This document shows positions 53,898-64,000 of a stretch of 64,000 nucleotides of DNA, one piece after another. The stretch comes from the human T2T-CHM13v2.0 reference genome, Homo sapiens. Every line of letters starts with the position of its first letter. Within the stretch, counting starts at the first letter, position 1. The stretch is from NCBI RefSeq assembly GCF_009914755.1, contig NC_060925.1; one strand, 5' to 3'. A program made the position numbers and the translations under genes. The notes beneath the pieces were generated by a model. It made no database searches, had not been told where the DNA came from, and saw only the letters and a list, made by a program, of their open reading frames with translations.

Positions 53898-54629
53898 TTA
53901 CCCTGAGGGCCCAATCAGAAGGCACATGGGGGGTCAGGGAGGGTTAAGAATGCTCTCTGGGGCCTGTGAGTCATGGGCCTGGCAGCTTGGGGTTTCCCAA
54001 GACTGCTCAGACGGGCTGTGGCATGCAGGGAGCTCAGCCAGAACCTCCCTTGCAAATCTGCACCCTTTCCCCCAGCAACCCCCCCGCTTCCAGCACCCCT
54101 CTGACCAGCAACCCCTCCTTGGCAAGGTAGAACTCCCAATGGCCCACCCTGAGATGGCTTCAAATCAAGTCCCACGGGCAGAAAGCAAACAGTGGCTCCA
54201 CTCCAGTGTGCCTAGAGATCCCACTTCATTCATTCATTTGTTCATTCATTCACTCACTCTTTAATAAAATACTCATTGACCCCTCCCATCTGCCAGTCAC
54301 TGCCCTTGGCACAGAGCTCAGTTTAATGGAAAAAGGAGAAAAGAGAACAGTCCGTGCTGGGGAGGCACAGCCAGGAGTCCAGGAGGGCAGGCCATGGAGA
54401 AAGTGATGTCAGAGCTGGGCCTAAAGGGTGTGCAGGGGTCAGCCAGGCGAGGCTCTGGAACAAGAGCTGTCCAGGCGCTTGCTCTCTGAGCTGGGCACAG
54501 CTGAATGTGGCTGAGCATGTGGGAAGTGCAGGATGAGGGCCAGACTCAGGCAGGAACCAAAGCAGCAAGGCTTCCTAGACTCTGTGCCAGGATTGGGGCT
54601 TTTTCCCAGGGGGGCAACGGTGAGAAGGA

Positions 54630-54695
54630 AGAACCCCAAGCCAGTAGAACCCCAAGCCGGTAGAACCCCAAGCCGGTAGAACCCCAAGCCGGTAG
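54630..54695 (+). repeat. Minisatellite, 4 x 16 bp AGAACCCCAAGCC(G/A)GT
   Basis: Direct inspection. Confidence 0.95.
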
Positions 54696-54752
54696 GGCAG
54701 ATGAACTTGCCATAGAGTCCAACTGCCCATAACCACAGAGGTGGTGGCCGGG

Positions 54753-54942
54753 CCCAGAGAGGGTGTGAGACCGGCCGAGCTCACACAGCTGGTTAGTGGC
54801 CAAGCCCTGGGTGTCCTGACTGCCAGAACAGGGCTTTCCCACCCCTCCCACCGCCTCTCTTATCTTCCAAGACCTACTTGTAAACACAGGCAGGCACCTG
54901 CAAACATCTGATCACCTCTGCGAGGAGGAGGATGAAGGTGGG
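54753..54942 (-). repeat. Right arm of a 190-bp inverted duplication
   Basis: Reverse complement of 52791-52980; gives the identical peptides in ORFs 52846(+) and 54887(-). Confidence 0.95.
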
Positions 54943-56088
54943 GGAATGAAGGCATGCAGGTGAATCAGGTCAGTGTTGCTCATAGGCTGACCCAGTGCGG
55001 ATGGTCCCGTCAGTGGCAAGGAGGGCAGGATTCTGCACGGGTGAGAGCACTTGCCCTAGGGGGATGCAGTGAGTCACTGGGTGCAAAGTTCACACTCCTC
55101 CTTCCTCCTGGCTTTGATCTGAGTTCCCTGGAGGGAGGTGCAGCCTGGATTCCTGGAGGCGGGGCCATCTCCTCTCCCTGCCCTGCCCTGTGGGTCCAGA
55201 TTGGGAGGCTGGCTGTCTCCACTCCTCTCTGAACTCCCACACACACCTTTTCGAGGCCCTAGTAAGTTTCCATGTTGGCCTCACTGGCGGGGTCAGACTT
55301 GACCTATCACCTAGGACATTCGCTGCAGGAAGTTGGAAGCTTCCCTCTCCTGCTGAGCTCAGCCATGCGTCTTACTGCCTGGTGCCACATTCCGTTCCCT
55401 CCTGTCTCTGGGAGGATGATCAGATCTGGCAGAGAGCCCAGGCCTGCCCAACCAGCGGAACAAAATAAATGACCGCAGGGTGGGACTCCGCGGACACCAA
55501 GACACCAGGGAACTCTTGGACTGAGCACCAGAGGAACTAACCCCAGTAGCTGCCCCCGAGCAAGGACCTACTACTGATGCTGCCAACAGCCCCGGGAGAC
55601 AGAAATATTATCACCCTTATTTTATAGAGAGGAGAAAAGAGGGGTGCAAGGGTCATGGGGACAGTGACTGATCCTGACATCCACTAAGGGCCCTCTTGGG
55701 TTTTGTGTCATGAGTTGAAAGGGAAGCAGCTGGCAAGGTGGTGTGACATTGAGCTGCCCAAGTGCAGGTGAGATGCGGTGGAGGTGGAGCAGTGGGACTG
55801 ACCAGTGTTGGGGTTTTGTCAGGACCGCAGGAGGGGGTGGGGGTGGGGCCTGACCATGAATTGTAGGCTGGGCAGGAAGGACACGGAGGGCAGGCAGGCT
55901 GAGGGACATGCAAAGGGGGCAGGATCCATGGACTGCTGGAGCCGGGGCACTGGAGGAAAGAAATGAGGTGAGGTCAGAGAGGTCAGTCAATAGATATTAT
56001 AGAGGAGGGGCAGTCACTGGTCACGGGGGACAGATACTGGGGTGGCACTGCTCCTAGGGTGTAAACCCTTGGCACATAGCCTGCATAG

Positions 56089-56310
<222 letters not shown>

Positions 56311-56897
56311 TGAGTAGCTGTGATTACAGGCACCCACCACTATTCCCACTAATTTTTGTATTTTTAGTAAATACGGGGCTTCATCATGTTGGCCAGGTTG
56401 GTCTCAAACTCCTGACCTCAGGTAATCTGCCCACCTCAGCCTCCCAAAGTGCTGGGATTACAGGTGTGAGCCACTATGCCCGGCAGCCTGCTTTTATTTA
56501 TTTATTTTTTTTAATAACAGCTTTACTGAGATATGAATCACACATACAAAATTCACCCTTTTAAAGCTTTCTTTTTTTTGAGACAGGGTCTCGTTCTGTC
56601 ACACAGGCTGGAGTGCAATGGTGCGATCATGGCTCACTGCAGCCTTGACCTTCTGGGCTCAAGCCATCCTCCAGCCTCAGCCTCTTGAGTAGGCTGGACC
56701 ATAGGCGCACACCATCTTGCCTGGATAACTTTTGATTTTTCTTTTTTTTTCTGTAGAGATAGGGACTCACTGTGTTGCTCAGGCTGGTCTTGCACTCCCG
56801 GGCTCAAGTGATTCTCCCGCCTCAGCCTCCCAAAGTGCTGGGATTACAGGTGTGAGCCACTGTGCCCAACTCTGATTTTTTTACAGTAAGCACATGA

Positions 56898-57358
56898 TAA
56901 GGGAGGAGACCACCCCTCATATTGTCTTATGCCCAATTTCTGAATCCAAAGAAAGAAGTAGTAAAAACTAAAAGGCAGAAATGGAATCCACAGGCAGATA
57001 GCCCAGCACTGCACCCTGGGCCTGGAGTTAAAAATCAACCCCGACCTAACTCTTCTGTTATCTATAGATTTCAGACATTGTATGGAAAAGCGTCGTGAAA
57101 ATCCCTGTCCTCTTCCTTTCCGTTCTGATTACCAGTGCATGCAGCCCCCAGTCACGTACCCTCTGCTTACTCAATCGATCACGACCCTCTCACGCGGACC
57201 GCCTTAGAGTTGTAAGCCCTTAAAAGGGACAGGAATTGCTCACTCGGGGAGCTCGGCTTTTGGAGACGTGAATCCACCGATGCTCCCAGCTGAATAAAGC
57301 CCTTTCCTTCTACAACTCGGTTTCTGAGGGGTTCTTGTCTGAGGCTCATCCTGCTACA
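56898..57358 (+). mobile_element. Solo LTR, LTR2 family (HERV-E/Harlequin, ERV1)
   Basis: Begins TAAGGGAGGAGACCACCCCTCATATTG and ends GCTACA; 4-bp TSD ATGA (56894-56897 / 57359-57362); internal CTTAAAA TATA-like box and AATAAA (57293-57298). Confidence 0.85.
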
Positions 57359-57870
57359 ATGATACTTTTCTAATATGAACCCATATATGTTTTTAAAATT
57401 CATTTTTCTAAAAAGTTAGGATAAATCCATGAGATAGAAAAATAATGGACCAAAACTTAGAGAAAAGATAACTACTGGCTGGGACCCAGGACTGTGGCCA
57501 GCCCTGGGCTGATTTGTGGTTTGAGCAAACCACTGCCCTTCCCAGAGCCTCGCCTGTGAGACGGGGGTTGGCAGAAGTGAGCAGGGCAGCAGCTAGGGAC
57601 TGAGCTGAACTGATGGCATCTCAGGCTCTTCCCAGCCTTAACAGCTCAAGATTTTGAGGCAATCTGGATTCCCACACCTGGTGAGAGAAGCAAATTAAGG
57701 AGATGACCTGGTCTTTGGAGCTCTCTTCCCTAAGAGGATAAACACCACAATATTGACAGTCCAGGCAACAAGGCCAAATTCAACCCAGAACAATGTTTTA
57801 GGTCACACCGTCTCTCATCAATCCCTAATTGAACTGAAGGTATTTAACACCTTATCTGTCTTTTTTTTGA

Positions 57871-58350
<480 letters not shown>

Positions 58351-59198
58351 AAGGCTCAGCTGGGCACCGTGGCTCACGCCTGTAATCCCAACATTTTGGG
58401 TGACCAAGGCGGGAGGATTATTTGAGCCCAGGAGTTCCAGACCGGCCTAGGCAACATCAGTGAGACTCTGTCTCTACAAAAAACAAAAATTAGCCAGGTA
58501 CAGTGGCATGTACCTGTGGTCTCAGCTACTCAGTAGGTGGGAGGATCCCCTGAGCCTAAGAGTTCGAGGCTGCAGTGAGCTGTGATCGCATCACTGCTCT
58601 CCAGTCTGGGCTACAGGGTAAGACCCTGCCTCGAAAGAAAAAAAAGTGACAAAGCAGCATCCCTTTGTCACAGAGAAAACCTGGAAACTCCATTGTACTT
58701 CACGGAATTGCTAAAAGACGACACCAGACCATATAGGCTGCCTTCCTATTAACTTTTCCTTTTTTTTTTGAGATGAAGTCTCACTCTGTCACCCAGGCTG
58801 GAGTGCAGTGGCTCGATCTCGGCTCACTGCAACCTCACCGCCTCCTGGGTCTAATCAATGCTCCTGCCTCAGCCTCCCGAGTAGCTGGGACCACAGGCAA
58901 GCGCCACTACGCCTGGCTAATTTTTGTACTTTTAGTAGAGATGGGGTATTGGCCAGGCTGATCTTGAACTCCTGACCTCAGGTGACCCACCCGCCTCGGC
59001 CTCCCATTGTGTTGGGATAACAGGCGTGAGCCACTGAGCCTGGGCCCTATTAACTTGTCTGTCACCTGTCATCTCCCTCTTGTCTTTCATTACTACTTGC
59101 TTGTTGTCTATCGTGTGTCCCCTCTACTGCAATGAAAATCCTTTGAAGGCAAGGGCACTGCTGGGTCCCTAGCTGCTGAGCACATATTTAAGGGCTAA

Positions 59199-59588
<390 letters not shown>

Positions 59589-59720
59589 TGAGGCCAGGTG
59601 TGGTGGTTCACACCATTAGTTCTTTGGGAGAACTGTTTGAGGCCAGGAGTTCGAGACCAGCAGCCTGGGGAACATAGTGAGGTCCTGACTGAAAAAGTTT
59701 TTTCTTTTTTTTTTTTTTGA

Positions 59721-59984
<264 letters not shown>

Positions 59985-60230
59985 TGAGCTACCGCGCCTG
60001 GCCAAGTTTTTTTCTTAATTAAAAAGGGCCAGGTGTGGTGGCAGCAGCTACCATTTTTTAGTATGTACATGCATTTGCTTTGTTTTGTTATGCACAGTGC
60101 CTGGTCATAATATATTTTTTAAAGAATAATGCCAGTGTGGTGGCTCATAATGCCAGTGTGGTGGCTCACACCTGTAATCCCAGCACTTTGGGAGGCCAAC
60201 ATAAGTGGACTGCTTGAGATCAGGAGTTTA

Positions 60231-60576
<346 letters not shown>

Positions 60577-61328
60577 TCAAAAAAAAAAACAAAAACAACA
60601 ACAAAAAAAAACTCCCTTAAGGTGATGCTCCTGCGGCCAGAGTTGAGAGCCTCTTTTTTCTTTTCTTTTTTTTTTTTTTTTGCTCTCTGTTGCCCAGGCT
60701 GGAGTGCAGTGGCACAATCTCAGCTCACTGCAAGCTCCGCCTCCTGCGTTCACGCCATTCTCTTGCCTCAACCTCCCGAGTAGCTGGGACTACAGGCACC
60801 CACCACCACACCCGGCTAATTTTTTGTATTTTTAGTAGAGACGGGGTTTCACCGTGTTAGCCAGGATGGTCTCGATCTCCTGACCTCGTGATCTGCCCGC
60901 CTCGGACTCCCAAAGTGCTGAGATTACAGGCATGAGCCACCGTGCCCAGCCTGAGATTCTGTTTTAAGATGGCTTTTGATTTATTTTGATGGAGGTAATG
61001 TATCAATTTTTTTCCTTTATGGTCTTTATTTATTTATTTATTTATTGAGGCGGGGTCTCATTCTGTCACCCAGGTTGGAGTGCAGTAGCGAGATTTCTGC
61101 TCAATCGATCCTCCCACCTCACCCTCCTGGGTAGCTGGGATCACAGGCACATGCCACCGCACCCAGCTAATTTTTTGTATTTTTGGTAGAGACAGGGTTT
61201 CATGTTGCTCAGGTGATCCTCCTGCCTTAGACTCCCAAAGTGCTGGGATTACAGGCATGAGCCATCAAGCCCGGCCTGCATTTCCTTTTATCTTAAGAAA
61301 CTTCTCTTCGGTTGGGCGAGGTGGTTCA

Positions 61329-61658
<330 letters not shown>

Positions 61659-61746
61659 CTAAGGCAGGAGGATCATCTGAGCCCAGGAGTTTGAGACCAG
61701 CCTGGGCAACATAGCAAGACTTCATCTCAGAAAAAATTAAAAATGA

Positions 61747-62097
<351 letters not shown>

Positions 62098-62141
62098 TGA
62101 TGCCCAGATGATGAAGGCTGGGGTGAATTAAGTCCACACAT

Positions 62142-62417
62142 TTATTTCAAGTTGTTAAAGAGTTTGTGGGCCACGCAATGGTCCTTTGCATGCAAGAAGT
62201 CAAAGAGCTCCTCCGTGCAATCCTCTTCTGTATGTGATCGAGAGGATACATGCTCATCATAGAGCTCTAGCCGCTCCCGGGCCTTTACACATTTCTCCAA
62301 CTGCTCGCATTGCTCTCTCACTGTTGTTAGGGGATCCACTAATTCCTCCTCTTCCTCTTCCTCCTCCTCAGGATCTCCGGATTCGGTAAGCATCTTTTGC
62401 TCGTCCTCCAGTCCCAT
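62142..62417 (-). CDS. UQCRHL: UQCRHL, intronless retrocopy of the complex III hinge protein UQCRH (91 aa, intact ORF)
   Basis: [30 protein letters not shown]...KLFNNLK; no introns; minus-strand AATAAA at 61967-61972 and poly(A) at 61937-61951; retrocopy spans ~61937-62465. Confidence 0.93.
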
Positions 62418-62804
62418 GTCTGGCTACGGTTCTAGATTTAACACGAGCAGCAACAGCGGCACCTCAATTTTTGTATTTTTAGTAGAGATGGGGTTTCACC
62501 ATGTTGGCCAGGCTGGTCTCAAACTCTTGGCCACAGGTGCTCCGCCACTGAAAGTGCTGGGATTACAGGTGTGAGCCACCGTTCCCGGCCAGAAACTTCT
62601 CTTTATCCTGAGCTCTTAACAATCATCTCCTATAATTTCCTGAAAGTATTAAAGTGTCACTTTCAGCTGGGCGAGGTGGCTCAAGCCTGTAGTCCCAGCA
62701 CTTTGGGAGGCCGAGGAGGGCGGATCACTTGAATCCAGAAGTTCAAGATCAGGCTGGGCAACATGGTGAAACCGCATCTCTACCAAAAATACAAAAATTA
62801 GTCA

Positions 62805-63249
<445 letters not shown>

Positions 63250-64000
63250 TAATTAATTGTTTGTTTGTTTTTTGAGACAGAGTCTTGCTCTGTCACCCCG
63301 GCTGGAGTTTAGTGGCGTGTTCTCGGCTCACTGCAACCTCCACCTTCCAGACTCAAGCGATTCTTGTGCCTCACCCTTCCGAGTACCTGAGACTACAGGC
63401 ATGCGCCACCACGCCCAGCTAATGTTTTGTATTTTTAGTAGATACAGGGTTTCACCATGTTTGACCAGGCTGGTCTCAAACTCCTGAGCTCAGGCAATCT
63501 GCCCGCCTTGGCCTCCCAAAGTGCCAGGATTACAGGCGTGAGGCACTGCACCTGGCCACCTTTCTGTAATTAATACTGATAGTTTGTGTAATACATTTTA
63601 TTTTTCCATGGAAAACACGCACACACACACGCACGCACACTACTGTCAAGAAAAACTCTGAGGCTCATTCACCCAGATTTGTGATTGTTAACTGGTGTTA
63701 AAATGATGTCACCTGGAGGCTTTTTTGAATTTATCAGGACTCACACTTAATGCAAAAGGAAGAAAGCTCTCTCAGGTGAGACAGCCATGGAGTGGGAGGG
63801 TGCAGGAGGAGGCCAACATCATCAGCAAGGATCCCCTGCAAACATGCCGCCCAGGAGGCAAGGCCTGTTTGGCATGTAGACCAGTCCTAGTCCACAGGTA
63901 AACATTCCATGCACTGGGGCAGAGGGGACTTGAGGAATTTATTTACTTCTTTATTGGATGGAGGAGGGTGGTGAGGGAAGAATGGGAAGTATTTGGTTCA

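Noticed and set aside
54630-54695. CRISPR-like array
   Set aside because: Contiguous tandem units without spacers, in a eukaryotic context
60126-60167. 21-bp tandem duplication at an Alu head
   Set aside because: Ordinary slippage with no sign of function

Overview
This is primate genomic DNA. I recognise it from the translated proteins as the human 1p36 TMEM82-FBLIM1-UQCRHL region. It is extremely Alu-dense, which explains most of the six-frame ORF track. Protein-coding content: (1) the last two coding exons of TMEM82 (+), with its poly(A) signal. (2) The complete FBLIM1/migfilin gene (+): a CpG-island promoter with a perfect CArG box, two non-coding exons, seven coding exons that splice into a 1122-nt/373-aa ORF, an intron-read-through 374-aa isoform whose tail derives from MER21/Alu sequence, and an ~1.9-kb 3'UTR. 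(3) The intact UQCRHL retrogene (-), inserted inside an Alu. The window also holds a disabled RPL12 processed pseudogene in a multi-layer retro-nest and a solo HERV-E-type LTR2. I cannot claim a proven new system. The best unexplained signals are (a) a phase-compatible three-exon, 84-codon antisense ORF running divergently from the FBLIM1 promoter (13160->11321) and (b) a 190-bp, 188/190-identical inverted duplication with a fold-back palindrome at its junction (52791-54942). Comparisons with reference proteins are from memory and need checking by alignment. Repeat boundaries and subfamily names are by-eye estimates.
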